DNA from: a bacterium
GTDB lineage: Bacteria; Bacteroidota; Ignavibacteria; UBA10030
DNA: 64,000 nt
Direction: 5' to 3'
Assembly (NCBI GenBank): GCA_043803945.1
Contig: JAZDJN010000080.1
Coordinates: forward strand, 1 to 64,000
This document shows, piece after piece, positions 21,458 through 29,871 of the stretch (position 1 is its first letter; the number at the start of each line of letters is the position of its first letter). The position numbers and the translations under genes are program-made. The notes beneath the pieces are model-generated. The model ran no database searches. It was not told where the DNA came from and saw only the letters and a program-made list of their open reading frames with translations.

Positions 21458-22267
21458 TCACTGCTCCTTTGATTGCATGCTTTGTTTGTTTGAATTCTTC
21501 ATCGAATCAACCTCTATGGAAGAAAGCAGATGCTCCTGGATTGGACTTCCCCCAGGGGGCAACGCTGCGAGCGCTAGTTTAAAATTTCCCTCAAGAGTGT
21601 TTGCCATTTCCATAATGGATCGGATGGCAGAAGCCACCGCACCGTACTCCAACTGCAACGCCTTAAATGTCCTAGCAATCTGGTTCTGCCCGTTCGGATC
21701 ACTCGAGGCTTTCAACTCGGCCTCCCGCTGTGACATCTTTGATGAAATCACGGAGAGTGAATTGTCCACAATCTGCGCGATGGAAACCAGTGTGCTGTGA
21801 AACGTCTGAACGGCGACGTAATTTTTTGACTGTTCCTCGAGAAACCTACGATTCAATTCCCGCTGCAGGCGAAACAGGTAACGTTCGTAGACGCCGGCAA
21901 TCAGTACCGCCACGTGGGCCAGATCGAGACGTTCTTTGCGGACATAATCATAAGCACCCAGCTTCATCGATTCTACGGCGACAGTCTCATTCCCCGCTGC
22001 CGTAATCATGATGACCGGTGTATCGATTTTTTGTTCATGCATCCATTGCAGAACATTCAATCCAGAAACTCCCGCCATTCGATAGTCCAAGACGACAACA
22101 TCAAACCGGGTTTGTTTTAAGATCGCTATGGCCTCTTCACCGGAATGAACGCTTGTGACAACAAACCGCCGCTGCGTGGCCAGCGCCGCTTCAAATGCCA
22201 CACAAAATGGCACCTCATCGTCTGCAAGAAGAAGTGATAATCGTTGTTCCTGCTCATGTCTTTTCAT
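21458..22267 (-). CDS. Response regulator, tandem paralog of 20636-21424
   Basis: Shared IDTPV.M.TAAG.ET.AVE.MKLGAYDYVRKE and TFHSTL.SIAQIV. Confidence 0.85.
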   Translation of the reverse strand: MKRHEQEQRLSLLLADDEVPFCVAFEAALATQRRFVVTSVHSGEEAIAILKQTRFDVVVLDYRMAGVSGLNVLQWMHEQKIDTPVIMITAAGNETVAVESMKLGAYDYVRKERLDLAHVAVLIAGVYERYLFRLQRELNRRFLEEQSKNYVAVQTFHSTLVSIAQIVDNSLSVISSKMSQREAELKASSDPNGQNQIARTFKALQLEYGAVASAIRSIMEMANTLEGNFKLALAALPPGGSPIQEHLLSSIEVDSMKNSNKQSMQSKEQ

Positions 22268-22296
22268 GCTTATTTTCCGTCTCCTCCAGGAATTGT

Positions 22297-24108
22297 TTAT
22301 TCGTCTTCAACTGTCACTGCAGCAACTTCTTCGAGTGTTGTTGTTCCGTTCTTGACGAGTTCAAGGCCGGCAGCTCTCAGAGTATGCATTCCATGTTTCA
22401 AGGCTCCCTGGCGAATGGCATCATCGTCAACCATATCGCCTGAGAGCAGGATTTGCCGCCGGATATCCTTCATAAAGTAGAGTGCTTCATAAATTGCTTT
22501 GCGTCCTTTGTACCCTTTGATGCAAGCCGTGCAGCCTACCGGTTGGCAGAAGGTTCCGTGCGCGATTTCTTCCTCTGACATCCCGAGCTTTACTAAGGCA
22601 TCCGTGTCGATATCGGTCAGAGGTGATTTACACCGGTCGCAGAGTTTTCGAACGAGCCGCTGGGCGAGCACGATATTAATGGAGTAGGCGATTAAGAATG
22701 GTTCCACACCCATCTTATAGAGCCGGGAGATTGCACTGGCGGCGTCGTTCGTATGCAGCGAAGCCAACGTGAGGTGACCAGTATTGGCAAGCTTGACGGC
22801 GATTTCTGCGGTTTGCCTGTCCCGGATTTCGCCTACCATCACAATATCGGGATCATGGCGCAGAATGGCCCGCAGTGCGCCTTCGAAGTCGAGCTTGGGA
22901 TTGAGCTTCACCTGGCGAGCGCCATCGATAAAGTATTCAACGGGATCCTCAACGGTGATCACATTGAGTGATGGATCCATAATGGTTCGGAGTGCCGAGA
23001 ATAACGTGGTACTCTTCCCGCTTCCGGTTGGTCCCGTGACGATGATCATTCCATGAGGCTTCTGAATCGCCTTCCGAAACACCGATTCGGAGTATGGATC
23101 GAATCCCATATCTTCCAAGCGCGTACTAAACTTTGGCTCCTGGAGCACACGAATCACGATCGATTCATATTTACTTTTCAGCTCTCTCCCAACTGTCGGC
23201 AGGACGGAGACTCGGAAGCGCACAGTTTTTTTATCGACCACAAACTGGGCAAAGCCATCCTGTGCCATATTTCGTTCGAACCGATCCATATTCTGGGCTC
23301 GATCCTTCACGACAGCGGAAACAGCTTCGGCCCGGGTCTCTGCATTGGTGTACCAGAGGGTCAGTTTTCCATCGATACGGAAATAGAATTCGGTTTTCTT
23401 TTCACCCCGCGGCACAACGTGGATATCACTGGCTCCGACTCGGACGGCGTCTGTAAAGATGCTTTCAACCAGATTGACAAGTCCGCTGCGGCTAATTTCT
23501 TCCTGCAGCACTTGTTCATAGACATCGGCATCTTCTTCGTCTTCAAGCGCGTTATCCCTGGCATCTGTTTCAAGATCGGCATAGGTGGACCGACCGATGT
23601 TCACGCGTTGCCAGAGTTCTTGCCAATGCCCTAGCTTGACATAGCAAATTTCAAACTTTTGAAAACTGAATGAGCGGGCGATATCATACACCTCCCGGCG
23701 TGTTGGATCGGGCGTAATAACAAGTAAGCGGCCTTGACGCTCAGGGTCAGCTTTAAACGGCAGCACACGGAACTCAAGGGCCGCAGCACGCGTCGAGGGA
23801 GAGAGTATATTCAATTCTTTTCTCACAAATGCCAGCGCTTCGTCATCGATGACTTCGTTACTTAAATTGATTTTGCGGAATGCATAGTACTCCGCGATTT
23901 CCTGGTAGATTTTGTCATGATCAATCTTGAGGTCATCAACAAGTACCTGGTGGAGCTTTCGGCGGCGGTCCGTTGCCTCGCCGCTGAGAATGCCAACGGC
24001 TTCCAGAAGTTGTTCGGGTGTAATGATCGATTTCTCGATCAAGAGGTCGCCAAGTTCCTTCTTTTGCCGAGCCGGGTTGTTTGTTGTCATTACTTTGGAA
24101 TCCGCCAA
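22297..24108 (-). CDS. pilB: PilB/GspE-family assembly ATPase
   Basis: ASDIH, GPTGSGKS, EDPVE, LRHDPD.VMVGEIRD, TGH, tetracysteine CDRC/CTAC; degenerate MshEN-like N-terminus. Confidence 0.9.
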   Translation of the reverse strand: MADSKVMTTNNPARQKKELGDLLIEKSIITPEQLLEAVGILSGEATDRRRKLHQVLVDDLKIDHDKIYQEIAEYYAFRKINLSNEVIDDEALAFVRKELNILSPSTRAAALEFRVLPFKADPERQGRLLVITPDPTRREVYDIARSFSFQKFEICYVKLGHWQELWQRVNIGRSTYADLETDARDNALEDEEDADVYEQVLQEEISRSGLVNLVESIFTDAVRVGASDIHVVPRGEKKTEFYFRIDGKLTLWYTNAETRAEAVSAVVKDRAQNMDRFERNMAQDGFAQFVVDKKTVRFRVSVLPTVGRELKSKYESIVIRVLQEPKFSTRLEDMGFDPYSESVFRKAIQKPHGMIIVTGPTGSGKSTTLFSALRTIMDPSLNVITVEDPVEYFIDGARQVKLNPKLDFEGALRAILRHDPDIVMVGEIRDRQTAEIAVKLANTGHLTLASLHTNDAASAISRLYKMGVEPFLIAYSINIVLAQRLVRKLCDRCKSPLTDIDTDALVKLGMSEEEIAHGTFCQPVGCTACIKGYKGRKAIYEALYFMKDIRRQILLSGDMVDDDAIRQGALKHGMHTLRAAGLELVKNGTTTLEEVAAVTVEDE

Positions 24109-25487
24109 AGGATTGTGTCTTTTTCTGGTGCTGCTTGTTCGGTTTTCTGTTTCGGTTCAATTTTAATCGAGGCTGTCTCCGAGGAGAGCATCGTCAGAAA
24201 TACCATCGATGCCATGATCAGGATGGAGATGAAGACTTCAATCAGGTTCACAAGATTCTTCATGGCATACCGGTTTTCCATCTCATAGTAATCAGCAAGC
24301 TGCACGGCAGATGACTTGACCGTACCGGTTTCTGAAGCGGTGCGGAATCGGGAGACTGCAGCATCGGGAAAGAACGCCGTCATCTCCATCGCTTTTGCAA
24401 ACTCGGTTCCATACTTGAGCATCGTGGGTACCGCTACAGTCTTTATTTGTTTCTCAAAGTATGCATTTCGACTGGCTTCAGCGGCGTGCTGAATAGCATC
24501 GATATTCTCGCCTGAGGTGTACATAATTCCCAGCACCCGGCAGAACATCTCCACGCTCGTATTCCGCATGATTCTCCCGATATACGGTACGTTGACAATA
24601 AAGCGGTGAAATGTCACCCTCCCCGTCTCTGTTGCCAGCCAAGAATAAAATGCAACAAGCATTGAGACAAAGGCCAGTGTTAGGAGAATATAGTGCTCTT
24701 TAACAAAATCAGCGAACTCCAATGTATACATTGTCAACGGCGGAAGCGTGTCGATCATCGGGCCGAGCAACTCGATCATGCGGGGAAGAATAAAAAGGAC
24801 ATAGAACGCCAAGGCACCGACAAGTGCGAGACCCGTCACCGCCGGAAGAATCATAGAACTCACAAGACCCTTTTTAAAATCCGCCTCGCGCTCAACAAAC
24901 CGTGCGACACTCTCGAAAATGGATTTCATATCACCGCTTTTCGAAGCGATGCCAAGCATCAACGCAGTATCGTACCCGATGACTTTTCCCTGCCGGAGAA
25001 ATGCCTCACGGGAATCGAGACCTTCCTTAAGATCCTTGATGATAGCCTTTAATGCTCCTTTGAGCTGGCGATCGCGAACATTGCCCGCCATAATGTGGAG
25101 GATTTCGTTGTACGGAATTTTCTGTTCAAGCAATTTGGCGCTGGTACCGATGAACGTCACAATTTCCTGGCTCGATGCAGCAAATTTAATATCATAGAAT
25201 CGGCGAACGCTCTTTATCTCAAACCCCAGTTTTTTTAAAGCCGATGTTACTTCTTCTCTTGAATAAGCGCTTTGTGTACCTTCAATGGTATTGGCTCCGC
25301 GCCGTACTTTGTACGTGTAGATCCGTTTCCTTTTGATGGAATTTACTATCCAGCCATTCGTTTTTGCCAGCGATTTTGCACGGTCTCGCGCTGCGAACAG
25401 GGAGGTCGCTGTAATAAAGCGCTGCAACGTCCGTCCGGATTGATCGGTCGCTTGGATTCGATATTCAGAAGCGCTTAACTGTGGCAT
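24090..25487 (-). CDS. pilC: PilC/GspF-family inner-membrane platform protein
   Basis: Two T2SSF-like domains, ILP TM, LPPLT, ETG; adjacent to the ATPase. Confidence 0.85.
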   Translation of the reverse strand: MPQLSASEYRIQATDQSGRTLQRFITATSLFAARDRAKSLAKTNGWIVNSIKRKRIYTYKVRRGANTIEGTQSAYSREEVTSALKKLGFEIKSVRRFYDIKFAASSQEIVTFIGTSAKLLEQKIPYNEILHIMAGNVRDRQLKGALKAIIKDLKEGLDSREAFLRQGKVIGYDTALMLGIASKSGDMKSIFESVARFVEREADFKKGLVSSMILPAVTGLALVGALAFYVLFILPRMIELLGPMIDTLPPLTMYTLEFADFVKEHYILLTLAFVSMLVAFYSWLATETGRVTFHRFIVNVPYIGRIMRNTSVEMFCRVLGIMYTSGENIDAIQHAAEASRNAYFEKQIKTVAVPTMLKYGTEFAKAMEMTAFFPDAAVSRFRTASETGTVKSSAVQLADYYEMENRYAMKNLVNLIEVFISILIMASMVFLTMLSSETASIKIEPKQKTEQAAPEKDTILWRIPK

Positions 25488-25595
25488 GGTAATCGTTTAA
25501 TTTATTGTTTTCCTCTTGAGTAAACAGGCTACCCAGTCATCAATCTTATTTATTCTTACCCTAAAATGCAATGATGATATACTTTTCTTAGCAAG

Positions 25596-25826
25596 TTATC
25601 CAGCTTTCCGCTCTCCCTCTTCCAGAGAGGATGCCCTATAACCGCCCCCGCAATGATAACAGAATTTACCCTGTGGATGGAGGATGGGTCTTCCACAATA
25701 TATACATTGGTCCATAAGCTTCGTGCCACACAGAATACAGTAAAATTGCTCTTCAAGAACGTGGGAAAAGTTACCACACTGAGGGCACAACCGATAGCGG
25801 TTTGGCAGTGAGTTTGTTGTACTCAT
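25596..25826 (-). CDS. Zinc-ribbon protein
   Basis: Four CxxC pairs (CPQC, CILC, CIYC, CYHC). Confidence 0.65.
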   Translation of the reverse strand: MSTTNSLPNRYRLCPQCGNFSHVLEEQFYCILCGTKLMDQCIYCGRPILHPQGKFCYHCGGGYRASSLEEGERKAG

Positions 25827-25941
25827 CGATTTTCCTGTTGGAATTATTGAAAAATTCAATGATTAAGGATTGGGTTTTTTTGCCAAATATTAAGAAAATA
25901 CGGTGTTTGAGAGAGGGGGCCGCCGATTGGCCGATAGTGTT

Positions 25942-26271
25942 TTATGGTCGACGAGAAGATTGCACTTGTGTGTTTTGGTTTCTCTGAATCTCCTCAGAAA
26001 CTTCATTGATCCGTACAGGCGATATGCCAAGTTGCTCCCTCTCTGTTATAGGACTCATCCATCTCACCGGTTGGAATATCTGTCTGCTGTTTCCACAATG
26101 CTGGCAGTACCGGGCATCCGGATGCACAAGAGGACTTGAGCAATGGGGACACTCCTCTTCAAGTTTGATCCCACACCAAATACAATAAAGAATATCCTGT
26201 TGAATATAGATGGGATGGCTGCAATTTTTGCAGGTTTTATAGGTGTGCTCGAATTCTTCTCGTTTATGCAT
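25942..26271 (-). CDS. Zinc-ribbon protein (paralog)
   Basis: CKNC, CIWC, CPHC, CQHC. Confidence 0.65.
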   Translation of the reverse strand: MHKREEFEHTYKTCKNCSHPIYIQQDILYCIWCGIKLEEECPHCSSPLVHPDARYCQHCGNSRQIFQPVRWMSPITEREQLGISPVRINEVSEEIQRNQNTQVQSSRRP

Positions 26272-26282
26272 ATAGAGCCATC

Positions 26283-26714
26283 TTAAGGAGTTTGGGCATA
26301 TCCATAGACTCTTGTAAGTTTCCAACGTTCACGGTCACTCCATCCCAAAAGCCAAATCCAAACCCTTGAGTCTACAAATTCAAAATATGCCGTTGCATAA
26401 TATTTAATGCCATTTACACCAGAAACAGTGATCGAATATTTTGCCGAGCTGCCAGAAGAGTAGCTAATTTTTTGGTACGAGAGCGTATCGCCTCTGATTA
26501 TCCTGTTTCTGGATGGTGTGCCATCACGCCAGGCATACGATAAATCATCGATAATTAATTGCACACCTGCTCGCGCATTTTGTTCCAATTGGACAATAGC
26601 GCCGCGCTGGGCCACGGTCATAAAGGCATTTTTTTCGGCTCTTTTAATCCCGATTGAATAGATGCCGATGATGAGAGAGATGGCACCCGTTAATATTACT
26701 TTGGAACTTCCCAT
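26283..26714 (-). CDS. Minor pilin-like protein
   Basis: MG then hydrophobic helix, A.AG motif typical of PilX-like N-termini. Confidence 0.5.
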   Translation of the reverse strand: MGSSKVILTGAISLIIGIYSIGIKRAEKNAFMTVAQRGAIVQLEQNARAGVQLIIDDLSYAWRDGTPSRNRIIRGDTLSYQKISYSSGSSAKYSITVSGVNGIKYYATAYFEFVDSRVWIWLLGWSDRERWKLTRVYGYAQTP

Positions 26715-26733
26715 GCTTCCTTTATTCTCATTC

Positions 26734-27279
26734 TCAAAGATTGAGAGGGTAAACCCGAATAACCTGTTTTGTGGTTCGACTCAACGCGGAGCTCTCCCCC
26801 CGCAGCTCCGCAGTTGAATAGAACTTACTCGTTAACGTTATCTCAACAGATATCACATTTGCCGCTGTTGCGGTCACAGTTCCATTGACATCATAGTACG
26901 TGAACTGTATGCTCACCAAATCACTGCCAATCAGCATCAATGAACCCCCATTCACGGTGCGATAAAGCTTCCATAATTGGGTAGAGGCGTTATAGGTTCC
27001 ATAAATTTGCATTGTCTTCGGGACACCCCCATCGTTAATATCCCCGGAATAGGTCATACTCGTGCTGCTGATAGCCGTAAAAGCCGGCGATGCTCTTAAT
27101 CCGGCCAGCTTCAAATCTCGAGTAATAACTTCGCACGTTGTCGAGAGTATCTGCTTGGCGTTTGCTTGCGCTGTTGTTTCGTACAGTGCAATGTTGAGGA
27201 CGAGCCCGAGGTTCAATATGGCCAGCATCATTGCGCCTCGAATTATCATCGCCCCAATTATGTCCAGAACAACTGCCAT
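26734..27279 (-). CDS. PilW-like pilin-like protein
   Basis: LDIIGA hydrophobic helix, I.RDLK.AG, F.YYD..G, P.NL C-terminus. Confidence 0.65.
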   Translation of the reverse strand: MAVVLDIIGAMIIRGAMMLAILNLGLVLNIALYETTAQANAKQILSTTCEVITRDLKLAGLRASPAFTAISSTSMTYSGDINDGGVPKTMQIYGTYNASTQLWKLYRTVNGGSLMLIGSDLVSIQFTYYDVNGTVTATAANVISVEITLTSKFYSTAELRGESSALSRTTKQVIRVYPLNL

Positions 27280-27336
27280 TTCATCTACGAAAGTTATTGA
27301 ATGCAAGTTGTGAATTTTTAACGCTACATGATATAC

Positions 27337-27351
27337 GCAAATGTAATGCCA
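27337..27351 (-). promoter_or_regulatory. Sigma54 (-24/-12) promoter
   Basis: Minus strand TGGCATTACATTTGC matches TGGCAC-N5-TTGC with exact GG/GC spacing, upstream of the pilin-like genes and next to an NtrC-family gene. Confidence 0.8.
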
Positions 27352-27451
27352 GTTTACATTCCTTAAATATAATCATTTTTCGAGTGCTTTTGTACACTTC
27401 GTAGAAATTACAAAATCTGTTCTTATTTTTTCAGAAAAGGTTGAGACAGGA

Positions 27452-27468
27452 TTCCGAAAATTCCGGAA
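27452..27468. promoter_or_regulatory. Putative enhancer (UAS) for the sigma54 activator
   Basis: TTCCG-N7-CGGAA palindrome about 100 bp upstream of the -24 box. Confidence 0.45.
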
Positions 27469-27543
27469 AATTATAGTGAAGTGCGATAAATATTGCGTAT
27501 ATTAGACAAAAGGTGCTTTTTTGAAAATCTCTGGGAGAGATTA

Positions 27544-28923
27544 TTAATGTGATTTTTTTTTTGATAATTTTATTCCCAATTTGGAACACTTGTCATACAG
27601 CGTTTTTTCCGGAATACCCAGAATCTGAGCGCTTTCTCTGATATTCCAATCGGTCTTTTCTAAACAGGTGAAGATGGCCATTCGGGAAGCTGCCTCTTTC
27701 GCCTCTTTTTCTATTTGTGAAAGTGACTTTTCTCCAGTAAACGTGATCCGTTGTTCAAGTAATTCTTTCGGGAGGTGTTCCGGCTCAAGAGGTCTGCCTC
27801 CTGCAAGAAGAATTGCCCGCTGCAATACGTTCTCAAGCTCGCGAACGTTTCCCGGCCAATTATAGCTGGTAAGATATTCCAATGTCAGCAGATTTATTTT
27901 TGATACTGGTCGGCTAAGTTCCTTGCTGAATCGGCGTAAGAAATGATCGACGAGTTGAGGAATATCCTCTTTATGTTCACGAAGAGGGGGAAGGTGAATT
28001 GGATAGACATTCAACCGATAGAAGAGGTCCTGGCGAAATTCACCAGATTCAGTCCTTGCGGCAAGATCGCGATTTGTTGCAGCAAGCACGCGAACATTCA
28101 CCGGAATCGGGCTGCTGCCCCCAATCCGATCAATCTCTTTCTCCTGCAGAACACGAAGCAGCTTTACCTGGAGATTGATATCCAGATCTGCGATCTCATC
28201 GAGGAATATTGTCCCTCCATCCGCAAGTTCAAATTTCCCCAGCTTGGTATGAATGGCACCGGTGAAGGACCCTTTCTGATGGCCAAAGAGTTCGCTTTCA
28301 ATCAGGTCTTTCACCAGAGATCCGCAATTCACTGCGACGAATACACGCTGGTTTCTTCTGCTTGCTGCGTAAATTTCCCTGGCGACCAATTCCTTACCCG
28401 TTCCTGATTCACCGGTGATTAATACGGTGACATCGGTCATGGCAACTCGCTGGATTGATTCATAGACTCGCTGCATTGCCGGGCTCATACCAACAATTCG
28501 TCCAGAAACGCGTTTCACTTCTTCGCGCAACAATTCATAGTCGCGTTTCAACTCACGTTCGGCAAGTGCCTTCTCAACCTTGGCTTTCAGTTCTTCAATC
28601 TTGGGAGATTTAGAGATATAATCGTAGGCGCCGCAACGCATCGATTCAACGGCTGTTTCTACCGAGGCATAGGCGGTCAGCATAATCACCGGAAAATCGG
28701 GCATCATCTCTTTCACACGTTTCAAGACATCCAGACCATGAATCCCTTCGCTTAAAATCAGGTCCAGCAGCATGATATCGACTTTCTTGTCGCCCAGGAT
28801 GGAGAGGGCATCCTTCTCTGTCTGCGCAGTAAATATTTTAAATGACCGCCCCATTAAGGAAACGAAGTCATCTAAAAAGACTTTATTATCATCAAGGACC
28901 AGGACCGTTCGAAGTTGTTCCAT
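27544..28923 (-). CDS. NtrC/PilR-family sigma54-dependent response regulator
   Basis: REC domain; GESGTGKE; ESELFGH, GSFTGA; WPGNVREL; C-terminal HTH. Confidence 0.93.
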   Translation of the reverse strand: MEQLRTVLVLDDNKVFLDDFVSLMGRSFKIFTAQTEKDALSILGDKKVDIMLLDLILSEGIHGLDVLKRVKEMMPDFPVIMLTAYASVETAVESMRCGAYDYISKSPKIEELKAKVEKALAERELKRDYELLREEVKRVSGRIVGMSPAMQRVYESIQRVAMTDVTVLITGESGTGKELVAREIYAASRRNQRVFVAVNCGSLVKDLIESELFGHQKGSFTGAIHTKLGKFELADGGTIFLDEIADLDINLQVKLLRVLQEKEIDRIGGSSPIPVNVRVLAATNRDLAARTESGEFRQDLFYRLNVYPIHLPPLREHKEDIPQLVDHFLRRFSKELSRPVSKINLLTLEYLTSYNWPGNVRELENVLQRAILLAGGRPLEPEHLPKELLEQRITFTGEKSLSQIEKEAKEAASRMAIFTCLEKTDWNIRESAQILGIPEKTLYDKCSKLGIKLSKKKSH

Positions 28924-28985
28924 ATGCTCTTACACTTGAGATCGTTCGTTCAAGAGTTATTGGTATTGATCTGCATCGGTATCCC

Positions 28986-29855
28986 TCAGCGGATTATTCG
29001 TAACTGCAGGAGAACCGACATCCCCTTGATGTGACTGCTTTCCTTAAAACAAATGTCGCCTTCATATTTTCCGAGAATTGAAGGAATGGCAGAAAGCTCC
29101 TGCGATGAACCTGGATGCTCGGACTCACCAAAAATTCCATACCACTCTTCAGGATGAAGAGTGGTACCGGTATCTCGTACTTCAACAATGAATCGGTCAA
29201 TGCTTTGTTGAGCGATAAATAAGAGTGACCGTGTGCGCCCTTCAATCGGGTGTCCAACGGGATAGCGAAGCAACAGATCGATTGTTCTCTCCAGTTCATG
29301 TTCGGCTATTGCCACCGTGGGTGAGGTTCCTGTTTCAAGTAAAGAAGCCTTTTCGTTCTTCTCTCTCGCGGTTCCCGCATGCCGTTCAATGCATCGTTGA
29401 ATGACAACGATTGGATTACAGGAAAAAAAGGAGTAGACCCGATCCTTTAGTTGATGAAGCCCTAACAGGAGATGTTCAATCAGTTGCGTCAATTCATGCT
29501 CCGTGGATACGACCTCCTCGCTATTCAGGCGCCCTTCAAGGATTAGCCTGAGTTTCGCTGAAAGGGCCATCGCTTGGCCACCTAGTGCACAAACAACTTC
29601 ATCATCGCTTCCCAACGCTGTCATTGTTGACGTTATGTTGCCAAGAAGCTCATCAACTTTTTGAAGGTATTCCTGTATGGCAGAACGGAACCGTTCAAAT
29701 TGATTTTCCGAGAGCGATTCGGGTAAATTGCGGCTGAATAGCGCAAGTCGATTCAATGTAATATGTGCCCATGCCCCATGAGCGAATGGTTGAATCTCCG
29801 AAAGCAATTGTTCCTTCAGCAGTGCCTTGCGGGTTTCCCCCTCATAATCTTTCAT
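28986..29855 (-). CDS. Degenerate histidine-kinase-like protein
   Basis: C-terminal HATPase-like pattern (VEVRDTG) without N-box Asn or G2 glycines; start reset to MKDYE. Confidence 0.55.
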   Translation of the reverse strand: MKDYEGETRKALLKEQLLSEIQPFAHGAWAHITLNRLALFSRNLPESLSENQFERFRSAIQEYLQKVDELLGNITSTMTALGSDDEVVCALGGQAMALSAKLRLILEGRLNSEEVVSTEHELTQLIEHLLLGLHQLKDRVYSFFSCNPIVVIQRCIERHAGTAREKNEKASLLETGTSPTVAIAEHELERTIDLLLRYPVGHPIEGRTRSLLFIAQQSIDRFIVEVRDTGTTLHPEEWYGIFGESEHPGSSQELSAIPSILGKYEGDICFKESSHIKGMSVLLQLRIIR

Positions 29856-29871
29856 TACCTGTTCTCCCTGG

